64,000 nucleotides of DNA from positions 18,090 to 82,089 of the forward strand of contig JAFEBQ010000040.1 in assembly GCA_018242585.1 (NCBI GenBank). Direction: 5' to 3'. A model generated the notes under the pieces. The model was not told the DNA's origin and did no database searches. It saw nothing but the letters and a program-made list of their open reading frames with translations. How positions within the stretch are numbered: the stretch's first letter is position 1; each line of letters starts with the position of its first letter. Shown here piece after piece: positions 39,413 to 49,183 of this stretch. This stretch comes from Planctomycetota bacterium (GTDB lineage Bacteria; Planctomycetota; Planctomycetia; Pirellulales; PNKZ01). The position numbers and the translations under genes were made by a program.

Positions 39413-41407
39413 ATGAAACTCCTCAAAGTCGCGGCTGCGGTTCTGAATCAAACACCCTTCGATTGGGCCGGCAATAAACTTCGCATAGTCGACGCCATTG
39501 CCGAGGCGCGCCAGCAAGGGGCCACGATGCTTTGCTTGCCCGAACTGTGCATTACCGGCTATGGCTGCGAAGACGCTTTTCATTCACCGGGCCTCCAGGC
39601 CACAGCGCTCGACGTGTTGCAGGAAATCCTTCCTGCCACGCGAGGAATGATCGTATCGCTGGGGTTGCCGCTCGAATTCCAGCACAGCTTGTTTAACGTG
39701 GCGTGTCTGGCTGTCGATGGCCAGATTGCCGGTCTAGTCGCCAAACGCTACCTTGCCGGCGACGGCATCCATTACGAGCCCCGCTGGTTCAAACCCTGGC
39801 CGGCCGGGCAGCGCGCCGAGGTTTCGATCGGCGACCGGACGTATCCACTGGGGGACATCTCGTTCCAGATTGGCGGCGTCAAGATCGGCTTTGAAATCTG
39901 CGAAGACGCCTGGGTCGCCAGCCGCCGCGGCAGCGAGTCGGTATTGCACGGCGTGGACATCATTCTGAACCCTAGCGCCAGCCACTTCGCCTTTGGCAAG
40001 CACGCCGTCCGGCAACGGTTTGTGCTCGAAGGTTCGCGGGCGTTCGGCGTCAGCTACGTCTATAGCAACCTGCTGGGAAATGAAAGCGGCCGAATCATTT
40101 ATGACGGCGGCGCGTTGATCGCCTCGGGCGGACAGTTGCGCGCCGCGGGCCCGCGCTTCTCGTTCGCCGACTACGTCGTGACCAGCGCCCAAATCGACAT
40201 TTACGAAACCCGCCTGCAGCGCAGCCGCAGCGGCAGCTTTCAGCCCAGCTTTCGCGCCGACGAATCGACGGTTGACGTGCCGTTCGAGTTTCCGGCGCTC
40301 GATCCGGCTGTCGAGCCGCAAGCGGCAACCTGGGAAAGCAGCCCGCACCTGAAAGAGGAAGAGTTCGCCCGGGCGATCAGTCTGGCGCTGTTCGATTATC
40401 TGCGCAAGAGTCGCTCGCACGGCTTTGTCGTGTCGATCAGCGGCGGCGCCGACTCGGCCGCGGTGTCGTGTCTGGTCGCGTTGGCAGTGGCCTTCGGGGT
40501 CAAAGAGCTGTCGCTGGCTGGCTTTCTGGCCAAGCTCGGCTATCTGCGGCGGGTGCAATCGGCCGGGACCGAGCGCGAAATCGTCGGCCAGTTGCTGAGT
40601 TGCGTCTATCAATCGACCGAGAACAGCGGCCCGGTCACCCTGAACGCGGCCCGTGGCGTCGCGACGGCGATCGGGGCCGAGTTCCTTCAGTTCGATGTCG
40701 ACCGGTTGGCGAAAGAATACGTGCAGATGGTGTCGGCGGCGGTTGGGCGACCGTTGACGTGGGAGCAAGACGATCTGGCGCTACAGAACATCCAGGCCCG
40801 GGTTCGCTCGCCCGGGGTGTGGATGCTGGCCAATTTGCGCGGGGCGTTGTTACTTTCGACCAGCAACCGCTCCGAAGCGGCCGTCGGTTACGCCACGATG
40901 GACGGCGACACGTCGGGAGGCCTGAGCCCGATTGCCGGCATCGACAAGGCCTTCCTGCGGCACTGGCTCCGCTGGCTCGAGCGCCACGGGCCGCAAGGGG
41001 TTGGCCCAATTCCCGCCCTGGCGGCGGTCAACGACCAGGCCCCGACGGCGGAGTTGCGCCCGTCGAGCCAGAAGCAAACCGACGAGCAGGATCTGATGCC
41101 GTACGACCTGCTCGACGCGGTCGAGCGCGCCGCCATTCGCGACAAGTTAATGCCGCTCGAGGTGCTGCTGCGTATGCGGTCGCAGTTCCCGCAGCACACG
41201 CTGATGAAACTCGGCGGTTGGGTCGAGCGGTTCTTCCGCCTCTGGTGTCGCAACCAGTGGAAACGCGAACGCTATGCCCCCAGCTTCCACGTCGATGATG
41301 AAAACCTGGACCCCAAAACCTGGTGCCGGTTCCCGATTCTATCGGGCGGCTTCGAGCGCGAACTAGCCGAGCTGCGCGAGTACGTTAAGAAGCAAAGCGG
41401 CGAGTGA
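39413..41407 (+). CDS. nadE: Glutamine-dependent NAD+ synthetase
   Basis: N-terminal CN-hydrolase domain (LCLPELCITGY, FEICEDAW). C-terminal PP-loop SISGGADSAA. Confidence 0.92.
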   Translation: MKLLKVAAAVLNQTPFDWAGNKLRIVDAIAEARQQGATMLCLPELCITGYGCEDAFHSPGLQATALDVLQEILPATRGMIVSLGLPLEFQHSLFNVACLAVDGQIAGLVAKRYLAGDGIHYEPRWFKPWPAGQRAEVSIGDRTYPLGDISFQIGGVKIGFEICEDAWVASRRGSESVLHGVDIILNPSASHFAFGKHAVRQRFVLEGSRAFGVSYVYSNLLGNESGRIIYDGGALIASGGQLRAAGPRFSFADYVVTSAQIDIYETRLQRSRSGSFQPSFRADESTVDVPFEFPALDPAVEPQAATWESSPHLKEEEFARAISLALFDYLRKSRSHGFVVSISGGADSAAVSCLVALAVAFGVKELSLAGFLAKLGYLRRVQSAGTEREIVGQLLSCVYQSTENSGPVTLNAARGVATAIGAEFLQFDVDRLAKEYVQMVSAAVGRPLTWEQDDLALQNIQARVRSPGVWMLANLRGALLLSTSNRSEAAVGYATMDGDTSGGLSPIAGIDKAFLRHWLRWLERHGPQGVGPIPALAAVNDQAPTAELRPSSQKQTDEQDLMPYDLLDAVERAAIRDKLMPLEVLLRMRSQFPQHTLMKLGGWVERFFRLWCRNQWKRERYAPSFHVDDENLDPKTWCRFPILSGGFERELAELREYVKKQSGE

Positions 41408-41416
41408 CGGTGGCCA

Positions 41417-41995
41417 TCACTCATCGTTTCGCGTTGATCGTTTCTCGTTTTCCCGTAACGACCAGATACCACGCTTTGCCGCTCGGGCTTCGGCCTCGGC
41501 CTTGCGATAGCGAGTCTTGAATGCCTGAGCATACTGGTAATGCGGCTCCCAGCGGGCCAGCCCGGCCCGGACCAGTTCCTCGTTCAGCAACTTGTCACCA
41601 ACCCAAACATGGGCCAGCCAGCGGCCATACTGGTCGGTTCGCTCGCGATCGAACTCAAGGCGCACCACATGCCCATCGACAAACCGATGGGTGAAGGCGC
41701 TCGCCTCGGGACCGAACGGCTCGACCGGCCAGTCGGGCTTCACGCTTTCCGGGGCGTTCACACCGATCAGGCGGACCCGAGCGTGGTTCTTGAGCTTGAG
41801 CGTGTCGCCATCAATGACACGATCGACCTCGAACTCAGCCGCCGGATGAGCCGGCACCACCGGGCTGGGGGCGTCTTCGACCGGCGGGCCGCTTTGCGAG
41901 GCGAACCAGACGATCGCCAGCACGACGGCAACCCACAGACCATATTGCCAGCTCAATCGCCGCCGCGGCGGAGGCCCCGGCCAGGTGATGGTCAT
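41417..41995 (-). CDS. Thermonuclease (SNase-like) family protein with N-terminal membrane anchor
   Basis: VIDGDTLKLKNHARVRLIGVNAPE and RWLAHVWV motifs. TM helix GLWVAVVLAIVWF. Internal ATG at 41995 preferred. Confidence 0.8.
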   Translation of the reverse strand: MTITWPGPPPRRRLSWQYGLWVAVVLAIVWFASQSGPPVEDAPSPVVPAHPAAEFEVDRVIDGDTLKLKNHARVRLIGVNAPESVKPDWPVEPFGPEASAFTHRFVDGHVVRLEFDRERTDQYGRWLAHVWVGDKLLNEELVRAGLARWEPHYQYAQAFKTRYRKAEAEARAAKRGIWSLRENEKRSTRNDE

Positions 41996-42177
41996 CAGGA
42001 GTGATTTCCGCAAGAATCGTGGCGACCGGGGCGCACCGCCGACGGTTGCTAGGGAACGCCCGCCGCGGGGCTGATCGCCGTTAGGCAACGGCTGGATCGA
42101 TCCGCATGTTTAGCGAAAATGGGGGTGGCTGACAATCGGTCGCCGGTGTAGAGGATGAATAAACGAGGAACCGCCCG

Positions 42178-42780
42178 ATGAACGACACCGAATCACTGGT
42201 TTACCTCTCGCGGCACGGCGAGACCGCCTGGTCGCTGACCGGTCAGCACACTGGCCTGACCGATTTGCCGTTGACCGAACGCGGCCAGCGGAACGCCGTG
42301 GCCCTGGGTCAGCGGCTCAAGGGGCTGCAGGTCGCGCGCGTCTTTGTCAGCCCATTGCAGCGAGCGCGCCAGACGTGCGAGTTGGCAGGCTTTGGCCATG
42401 TGGCGGAGGTCGATCCTGACCTGGTCGAATGGCATTACGGCGATTACGAGGGGCTGACCACCGCCCAAATTCACGCCCAGCGCCCAGATTGGCGAATCTT
42501 TCGCGATGGCTGCCCCGGCGGCGAGTCGGTGGCCGACGTGTGCGCCCGGGCCGAGCGCGTGGTGACGAAGCTGCGGGCAATCGACAAGTGCGTGCTGCTG
42601 TTTTCGAGCGGGCACTTCTTGGAGATGTTCACGATCCGCTGGCTCGACCTGCCGGCCGACGCGGCGACGCATCTGTTCTTGGACACGGCGTCGATGAGCA
42701 TCGTCGGCTATCACCGGACGAAGACCAACCCCGTGTTGCGGCTATGGAACTGCCGCAAACATGTCGCGGGGGCCGACTGA
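42178..42780 (+). CDS. Histidine phosphatase (phosphoglycerate mutase-like) family protein
   Basis: Catalytic RHGETAWS motif near the N-terminus; SSGHF motif later. Confidence 0.85.
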   Translation: MNDTESLVYLSRHGETAWSLTGQHTGLTDLPLTERGQRNAVALGQRLKGLQVARVFVSPLQRARQTCELAGFGHVAEVDPDLVEWHYGDYEGLTTAQIHAQRPDWRIFRDGCPGGESVADVCARAERVVTKLRAIDKCVLLFSSGHFLEMFTIRWLDLPADAATHLFLDTASMSIVGYHRTKTNPVLRLWNCRKHVAGAD

Positions 42781-42833
42781 TCGGCGTCGCGTCGGAAAAC
42801 CAAGGCAGCTTGCCGCACGATGGCGGCGGCCGA

Positions 42834-43142
42834 CTAGTTTTTGCTGAAATCGAACTTATCCGACGTCTTGCGGCCGAGCGGATTCCTGAGGAAGCGCTTA
42901 CGGCACTCGGGGCACAGGTCGAAGCGCTTTTGCTGGTAGACGTCGTCGCCGACTTGCGACGAGTCCAGCGTGTCGAGATGTTCGAGCATGTCGCTCAGGT
43001 CTTGCAAGTTGTCACGATCGGCGTCGGCATCTTCGTTCTGCACGGGATCGAAGGCCGCGTAGACTTCGATCTTCACCACGTAGCGCAAGTCGTCCTGCGG
43101 GTCGAGCGGGCGCTTACAAAGGTCGCACGAGTAATGGATCAT
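42834..43142 (-). CDS. Zinc-ribbon hypothetical protein with acidic linker
   Basis: MIHYSCDLCKRPL ... acidic stretch ... FDLCPECRKRF; two CxxC pairs at the ends of the protein. Confidence 0.6.
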   Translation of the reverse strand: MIHYSCDLCKRPLDPQDDLRYVVKIEVYAAFDPVQNEDADADRDNLQDLSDMLEHLDTLDSSQVGDDVYQQKRFDLCPECRKRFLRNPLGRKTSDKFDFSKN

Positions 43143-43833
43143 GACAACATTCCCCTGGGTCCGAGATAAGGGCCAACCGTCGGCCGCGGCACGTTACCGC
43201 TTGTGCTCGCGTTCCAAAGCTTCGCTTTCTCCAACGGTCGACACGCTCTGCAATTCGTCGAGTCTGACATCGGCCGCGAAGCCGAAGGCAACCGACTCGC
43301 GTTTGCGCGCGTTCACGGTTCAGTAAGGTTCATGTTAACGGCCCGGCGCATTGCGTCGCAAGGTCTTCCCCGAGGGTTTTGTTTTTTCCGATTTTCCGCT
43401 GCGCCGCACGCCGAGAATTGATCTTGACTTTCCTGCGCCGTGAAGCTTCACGCACTGTCGCGACGTTGTTCATGAACCGCGGCGCGCTCGCGACGTCGCA
43501 AGGGGCCTACCGGCTTGGGGCCACGATTCATGGCGTGATCGCGCTGCCTGTTCGCCGGGTTCGCGAACATTTGCTGGTGACGAGGGTCATCAGGTAGCTT
43601 GGCCCGAATGTCGCGTTCGAGGGCCCCCGATCGGCCCTTGATAGCATCGTCTCCCGGGCGAAAAGCTAGCCATTTGCCGGCCGCGTAGCTAGAATTGAGA
43701 TGGATTCCTGGTGGAGCTGATTGATCATGAGGGCCGTGTCCCATCACGGTGGCGCTCGCGTCGTAGGAAGATGACGCCGCGTCCGACCGGCGGGCCCGGC
43801 GATCGCTAGATCACCACGAGCGAGGAGGTCCGC

Positions 43834-44472
43834 ATGGCGAGTGTTGCAGCGGCTGACGTATTAGGCGCCAGCGTGCTGGTCTTGAATCGGCTGTACATGG
43901 CCGTTCACGTTGTCAGCGTTCGTCGTGCCTTTTCGCTTTTGTGTTGTGAGTTGGCCGAGGTCGTTCATCTGGAAGATGAAGGGCAATTCGCCAACTACGA
44001 TTTCGAGTCGTGGCGCGAAATCAGCGAGCTGCGCGCCCAATTCAAGGAACCGCACCAGGACTGGATTCGCGCGGTTAATTTCGAGATCCAAGTTCCGCGG
44101 GTGATTCGCCTGCTGTTCTACGATCGGATCCCCAAGCAAGGGATACGGTTCAATCGCCGCAACATTTTTGCCCGCGACAACAACCGGTGTCAGTACTGCG
44201 GCAAGCGGTTTCCGACCAGTGAGCTGAGCCTGGACCACGTGGTGCCGCGCAGCCGCAACGGTGAAACCAGTTGGGAAAACATCGTCTGCAGTTGTGTGAA
44301 GTGCAACGTCCGCAAAGGGGGACGCACGCCGCAAGAAGCCGGCATGCACCTGATCAAGCAGCCGGTTAAGCCAAAGCGCAGCCCGCTATTGGCGATGAAA
44401 CTGGGGAACCCGAAGTACGAAAGCTGGAAGACCTTCCTCGATCATGCGTATTGGTCGGTGGATTTGAAGTAA
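43834..44472 (+). CDS. HNH endonuclease family protein (McrA-like HNH motif)
   Basis: NRCQYCGKRFPTSELSLDHVVPRSRNGETSWENIVCSCVKCNVRKG. GAGGAGG Shine-Dalgarno just upstream of the ATG. Confidence 0.85.
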   Translation: MASVAAADVLGASVLVLNRLYMAVHVVSVRRAFSLLCCELAEVVHLEDEGQFANYDFESWREISELRAQFKEPHQDWIRAVNFEIQVPRVIRLLFYDRIPKQGIRFNRRNIFARDNNRCQYCGKRFPTSELSLDHVVPRSRNGETSWENIVCSCVKCNVRKGGRTPQEAGMHLIKQPVKPKRSPLLAMKLGNPKYESWKTFLDHAYWSVDLK

Positions 44473-44511
44473 ACGCGGTGCGTGGCGAGAGAGGCGGCGC
44501 TGAACTTACAC

Positions 44512-44541
44512 GCCCAGGAGTCTCATTCCCTGGGCTTTTTT
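44512..44541 (+). terminator. Rho-independent terminator of the HNH gene
   Basis: GCCCAGG (44512-44518) pairs with CCTGGGC (44529-44535) across a 10-nt loop, followed by TTTTTT (44536-44541). Confidence 0.7.
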
Positions 44542-44761
44542 GTTGCGCAAGGCGGCAAAAATAGTGCCGAGCGCGTATTCCGCGGAAGCGTGCTCGATGA
44601 ACGCCTGATGCGTAGCATGGCGCGCTGGCCACAAGGCCCCCGGTCATTGACCGGGGGCTAATGATGAGAGTGCCCAAAGCGCACGAAAGACGGCGCTGTT
44701 TGCGCCGCGCGATTCCTACGACTGCCGCCAGCAATTACTGTCGAACAGCAATTGCCGCCGA

Positions 44762-45046
44762 CTAGCCGTTCTGTTCGGGGATCGGCGTCTTCTTCTCGGT
44801 GATCACCGGCAACTGCGGTGCCATCTCGGCGTTCAGCGCGGTGAACTCTTTCCACTCTTCAGGAAGGTTGTCTTCGTGGAAAATTGCCTCGACCGGGCAC
44901 TCGGGCACGCACGCTTCGCAGTCGATGCACTCGTCGGGGTGGATGTACAACATCTGCTCCCCCTCGTAGAAGCATTCGACCGGGCAAACCACCACACAGT
45001 CGGTGTACTTGCAAGCGAAGCAAGGTTCGGCAACCACGTGGGTCAT
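44762..45046 (-). CDS. 7Fe-type (FdxA-like) ferredoxin
   Basis: [29 protein letters not shown] ... [16 protein letters not shown]. Internal ATG at 45046 preferred over the track start. Confidence 0.88.
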   Translation of the reverse strand: MTHVVAEPCFACKYTDCVVVCPVECFYEGEQMLYIHPDECIDCEACVPECPVEAIFHEDNLPEEWKEFTALNAEMAPQLPVITEKKTPIPEQNG

Positions 45047-45736
45047 AGAGCAATCACTCCTATCACAGGACCAGATGCGGCCTCCCCCAACGGCGGCCGC
45101 CATCGATTTGCTTTATAGTCTGTCGGCACAAAGCCGGTAAACTCTTGCGAATGTTAGGCCCACTTGCACTAGCCGTCAAGCAAAGAGTCGCCCCCGATTG
45201 CCTGTTCCCACAGCCTCGATCAGCCCCCGTGGTACGGCGCATCGGAAACGGCGATAGAACCCGGGTTTGTCGAGACCGGTTCTCAGGCCGCCAGCAGCAC
45301 ACCGTCGAGCCTTCGGCTGAGCCTGTTGCCCAAACGCAGGTAAGTGTTCAACCACCTCCGGCCCTGGTCGCACCAAAATGCGACGCATAAGGGGCACACG
45401 GGCAAGATTGCTAAAAAGCAACGGTGCTCGATTGCGATGGCAACAACACGACAAAAGCTCGCCCGATAATCAGCCCTCTAATCCCTCGTCCCTAGCCTCT
45501 CGCCCCTCTTTCCGCCCGCTGCCGGCAGCCTTTGTCCAACCCCACCGGCCGGTCTTTCGCCAGAAAAAAGGCCGCCATTTAGCTTTGTTTTCAGCAGGTG
45601 GAAACTTGCTTGATTTGTCCGCGCGTTATTAGAATCGATTGAAGCGGCCAGGTGAGTCGCTTGGGCGCAGAGTCTGCGCCCAGGGTGTTCCCTCACGAGG
45701 GGACGGACCAGAGCTGGCCGCTGGAGGCGGAACAAC

Positions 45737-46315
45737 GTGGCATTGCAGGAAGTCGACCGTGCGCTCCTCGAACGCTGCTTGGCTCGTAAGCCACGCGCGT
45801 GGGAGGATTTCGTCGACCGCTTCCTGGGCTTGGTGATTCACGTCGTCAATCATTCGGCCCAGGCCCGCAGCGTCCGGCTCCAGCCCCAGGATCGCGAAGA
45901 CCTTTGCGCGGACGTCTTTCTGACGATTGTCCGCGACGACTTCGCCGTGCTGCGTCACTTCCGCGGCACGTGCAGTCTGGCCACCTATTTGACCGTCGTC
46001 TCACGGCGAGTCGTGGTCCGCGAAATCTTGCAACGCAAGTCGCTGGCCCGCTTGAGCAATGTCGAGGCTGTCGAACCGGGCGCCGCGGCCGAAGCCCGCA
46101 TCGAGAACCGCGAGGAAGTCGATCGCCTGCTCGACGAGTTGACGGGGACCGAGGCCGACGTGGTCCGGCTTTACCACCTGGAAGAAAAAACTTACCAGGA
46201 GATCAGCGCCGCCACGGGCATTCCCGAAAACACCGTCGGGCCGATGCTCAGCCGAGCCCGGGCCAAGATGCGCCGCGCCGGCGAAGAGCCAACGCCCCAA
46301 GAATCGCCGGGCTAG
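45737..46315 (+). CDS. ECF-type sigma factor (no adjacent anti-sigma gene)
   Basis: Region 2-like FVDRFLGLVIHVVNHSA...DREDLCADVFL and region 4-like EADVVRLYHLEEKTYQEISAATGIPENTVGPMLSRARAKM. GTG start. Confidence 0.8.
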   Translation: MALQEVDRALLERCLARKPRAWEDFVDRFLGLVIHVVNHSAQARSVRLQPQDREDLCADVFLTIVRDDFAVLRHFRGTCSLATYLTVVSRRVVVREILQRKSLARLSNVEAVEPGAAAEARIENREEVDRLLDELTGTEADVVRLYHLEEKTYQEISAATGIPENTVGPMLSRARAKMRRAGEEPTPQESPG

Positions 46316-46352
46316 CCCTCTTCCGGTTGTCAGTTTTCACGGAAGGCAGCAA

Positions 46353-46508
46353 TCGACCACGACGACACGACGGTCACGACGTAATGCGACGAGTGGGCAG
46401 CCTTCGCACCACAAGTCCCCGCCCGGTTAGACCGCTTGAATTGTGGTTCGCGGCAGCCTTTCCCTCTTTCTTGTTCCGACGTCGTGACCGTCGTGTCGTC
46501 GTGGTCGA
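46353..46508. repeat. 30-bp perfect inverted repeat with 96-nt spacer (MITE-like element or large structured RNA/terminator)
   Basis: 46353-46382 TCGACCACGACGACACGACGGTCACGACGT is the exact reverse complement of 46479-46508, checked base by base. Located 38 nt after the sigma gene stop. Confidence 0.85.
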
Positions 46509-46652
46509 ATTTCCTAGTCTTGATCGTGGTTAGGCGCGCCAATTCAGGCCCCATTTCCGCGTTCTCCGCGCCCGCAGTAACCTAGGCTTGATTGCGTGCG
46601 CGCTGCTACACTGTGCCCGGCAATCGCACATTCAGGTCGAAGGAGGCTTTCC

Positions 46653-47666
46653 GTGATCATCGTGATGCGCAAAGAGGCGACGCCCGACGACATTCAGCAC
46701 ACGGTCAAACGTGTCGAGTCGCTGGGCATGAAAGCCCACGTGCTGCACGGCGTCGAGCGAACCGTCGTGGCCGCCATCGGGGCCGAAGTGGACGGGATGC
46801 GAGAAACCCTTGAGGCCGACGCCAATGTCACCGAGGTGATGCCGATCCTGGCCCCCTACAAAATGGCCAGTCGCGAGTTGAAGAAGGAAACCACGGTCAT
46901 CCGCTCGCGCAGCCTGAAGATCGGCACCAGCCGAGTCTCGGTCATCGCCGGGCCGTGCTCGGTCGAAAGCGAAGAACAAATCCTGAACGTCGCCGTGGCG
47001 GTCAAGGAAGCGGGGGCCACGGCCCTGCGCGGCGGCGCGTTCAAGCCCCGCACCAGCCCATACAGCTTCCAGGGTTTGAAGGAAGAGGGGCTCAAACTGC
47101 TGGCCGCGGCCCGCGACGCCACCGGGTTGGCGATTGTGACCGAAGTGATGGGAACCGAGGACGTCGAACTGGTCGGCCGATACGCCGACGTGCTGCAGAT
47201 CGGCGCTCGCAACATGCAGAACTACCGGCTGCTCGAAGTCGTCGGCCGGCAGCCGCTGCCCGTGTTGTTGAAGCGCGGCCCTAGCGCCACGCTCGAAGAG
47301 TTGCTGCTGGCCGCCGAGTACATCCTGGACGGGGGCAACCCGAACGTAATGTTGTGCGAGCGCGGCATTCGCACCTTCGAGAACCATACTCGCTTCACGT
47401 TGCCCCTGGCGTCGGTGGTCTATTTGCACGCCAAGACCCATTTGCCGATCGTGGTCGATCCCAGCCACGGGACCGGCCACACCTGGATGGTGCCGCAAAT
47501 GGCGGCGGCCAGCGTCGCCGCCGGGGCCGATGGCTTGATCCTGGAGGTCCACCCGGATCCCGAGAACGCCATGAGCGACGGTTACCAGTCGCTCAACGTG
47601 CCGCAGTTTCAAGAGACCATGCGGCTATGCCGCAAGGTGGCCGAGGCGTTGGGGCGCTCGGTCTAG
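46653..47666 (+). CDS. 3-deoxy-7-phosphoheptulonate (DAHP) synthase, type I-beta with N-terminal regulatory domain
   Basis: [30 protein letters not shown] (ferredoxin-like regulatory domain), GPCSVES, and [11 protein letters not shown] at 46653 with AGGAGG at 46641-46646. Confidence 0.88.
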   Translation: MIIVMRKEATPDDIQHTVKRVESLGMKAHVLHGVERTVVAAIGAEVDGMRETLEADANVTEVMPILAPYKMASRELKKETTVIRSRSLKIGTSRVSVIAGPCSVESEEQILNVAVAVKEAGATALRGGAFKPRTSPYSFQGLKEEGLKLLAAARDATGLAIVTEVMGTEDVELVGRYADVLQIGARNMQNYRLLEVVGRQPLPVLLKRGPSATLEELLLAAEYILDGGNPNVMLCERGIRTFENHTRFTLPLASVVYLHAKTHLPIVVDPSHGTGHTWMVPQMAAASVAAGADGLILEVHPDPENAMSDGYQSLNVPQFQETMRLCRKVAEALGRSV

Positions 47667-47694
47667 CTTTCCGGACTTTGACGAGCAGCTACTA

Positions 47695-48828
47695 TTAGCG
47701 CACGGTTGGCGGTGCTTGCCAGGGCCAGCGCCAGGCAGTCTTTTGTTGCGGTGATGTAGTAGCCGGCGCAGTTCCTGCCGCCGCCTGGAACGCCCCACCA
47801 CCATACACCCCATTCCCTACCTTTGACGGCGCGCTGGTTGCGTAGGCAGGTGAATAACCTGGCGCGACTGCCGGTGCGGTAACCGTGGCTTGTTGACCAG
47901 CGTAGGCCGGCGCGCCGGCGTAGGCCGCCGCGTTGGTAGCGCGCGACATCGGGATCGGCCCAATCGGCCCGCCTGGGGCATAGTTCAACGCCGGCGCTGG
48001 CTCGGCCGGAGGCGACTGAGCCAGTTCCTGGTGATTCATTCCATAACCCGCCGCGGCCGAGACCAGGGCCGTCGCCCCTTGCACGACTTTGGTCGGGTCG
48101 AGCGGCAGCGCCGGCTGCTGGCTCCGATAGGCCGCCACGCTGGCGAACTGGTCGGCTTGGCCCCGTTGTTCCATCGTGACGGGCCGGTGGTACTCTTCAA
48201 GCCTACCCTCGGTTCGTACCCGCAGCATCAGGGCATCGAGTTCGGGCACTTGTCGCCAGGCGCGCTCGCTATCGACACCGTCAATCGTCGTGGCGACTTT
48301 CACGCCGTGTCCTTTGCTCGCCCCCGAGCGAAAGTAACCGCTCTCGCCCAGCATGGCCACGGCCTGATCAAAGTCGGCTTTGGGAATGTCGAGCGTCCAG
48401 ACTTCGAACATCTGCTGTTCACGGCGCTTGGCGGCCACGTCGGGAAGCATGCCGGCAATCCGCTCGACGGCGCTGCTTTTGACGGCCGAGGCGTTGGGCA
48501 GCGACGTCAACGTCACACGGCACCGGGCATAGCCGGGCCGCGCTTGGGGATGGGGATAGGCGATGGTCAGCCGCCCCTTGGCGGCGCCGGCCATCGGCAC
48601 GGTTGGCTGCGCCTCGTACGAAACAGCGCGTCCTTCGACATGGGCCACGCTGATCGGCTCGCCCAATTGGGCCACGTCGACCGAGTAGTCGATCTTGGCC
48701 GAATCGAACATGCCGGCGGTGGCGTCGATGGGCACCTTGCTGCCGATCGGTGATCGACACCCCGCCGCCGCTACCAAGATCATCGCACCGAATAACCATC
48801 CGTGGTTCAACGGTCGATTGTGCTTCAC
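47695..48828 (-). CDS. Putative lipoprotein with Ala/Pro/Tyr-rich low-complexity C-terminus
   Basis: GTG start gives VKHNRPLNHGWLFGAMILVAAAGC (lipobox-like). The start overlaps the cupin gene stop as GTGA. Confidence 0.55.
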   Translation of the reverse strand: MKHNRPLNHGWLFGAMILVAAAGCRSPIGSKVPIDATAGMFDSAKIDYSVDVAQLGEPISVAHVEGRAVSYEAQPTVPMAGAAKGRLTIAYPHPQARPGYARCRVTLTSLPNASAVKSSAVERIAGMLPDVAAKRREQQMFEVWTLDIPKADFDQAVAMLGESGYFRSGASKGHGVKVATTIDGVDSERAWRQVPELDALMLRVRTEGRLEEYHRPVTMEQRGQADQFASVAAYRSQQPALPLDPTKVVQGATALVSAAAGYGMNHQELAQSPPAEPAPALNYAPGGPIGPIPMSRATNAAAYAGAPAYAGQQATVTAPAVAPGYSPAYATSAPSKVGNGVYGGGAFQAAAGTAPATTSPQQKTAWRWPWQAPPTVR

Positions 48829-49163
48829 CGGTAATCCTCGCGAATCGGATAAAACGCATCCAAGGCCCGCAGTCCATTGGGCCCGGCCGTGATCGTATGG
48901 GGCACTCCCCCGGGAATGCTCCACATCATGCCCGCGCGTACTTGTCGCACTTCATCGCCGATGGTGAATTCGCCTTCCCCTTCGAGCATCAGCCCCATCT
49001 GATCGTGGGGGTGCTGATGCAGGGGAATCACCGCCGCCGCCGCCATTTCGACCAGCGACAACGACATGCGATCGCCGGTTTTTACGAACATGCTCACGCC
49101 AGGGAAAGGGCGCAATTCTCGGCAGTCCTTTTTATCGACGAAAAATCGCTCCATATTGAACAA
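48825..49163 (-). CDS. Cupin domain protein
   Basis: Cupin motifs PLHQHPHDQMGLMLEGEGEF and IPGGVPHTI. Confidence 0.8.
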   Translation of the reverse strand: MFNMERFFVDKKDCRELRPFPGVSMFVKTGDRMSLSLVEMAAAAVIPLHQHPHDQMGLMLEGEGEFTIGDEVRQVRAGMMWSIPGGVPHTITAGPNGLRALDAFYPIREDYR

Positions 49164-49183
49164 TCCTCAGATTCCGAGCAGTT

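Noticed and set aside
43600-43640. T-loop-like GTTCGAGGG, considered as a possible tRNA
   Set aside because: There are no complementary T-stem, acceptor or anticodon arms around it. No tRNA cloverleaf could be drawn here or in any other intergenic region.
43448-43747. 99-aa minus-strand ORF in the long intergenic region
   Set aside because: It has no ribosome-binding site, its composition is unlike neighbouring genes, and it has no motifs.
46330-46554. 74-aa minus-strand ORF across the 30-bp inverted repeat
   Set aside because: The translation merely mirrors the two repeat arms (DHDDTTVTT / VVTVVSS). It has no start context.
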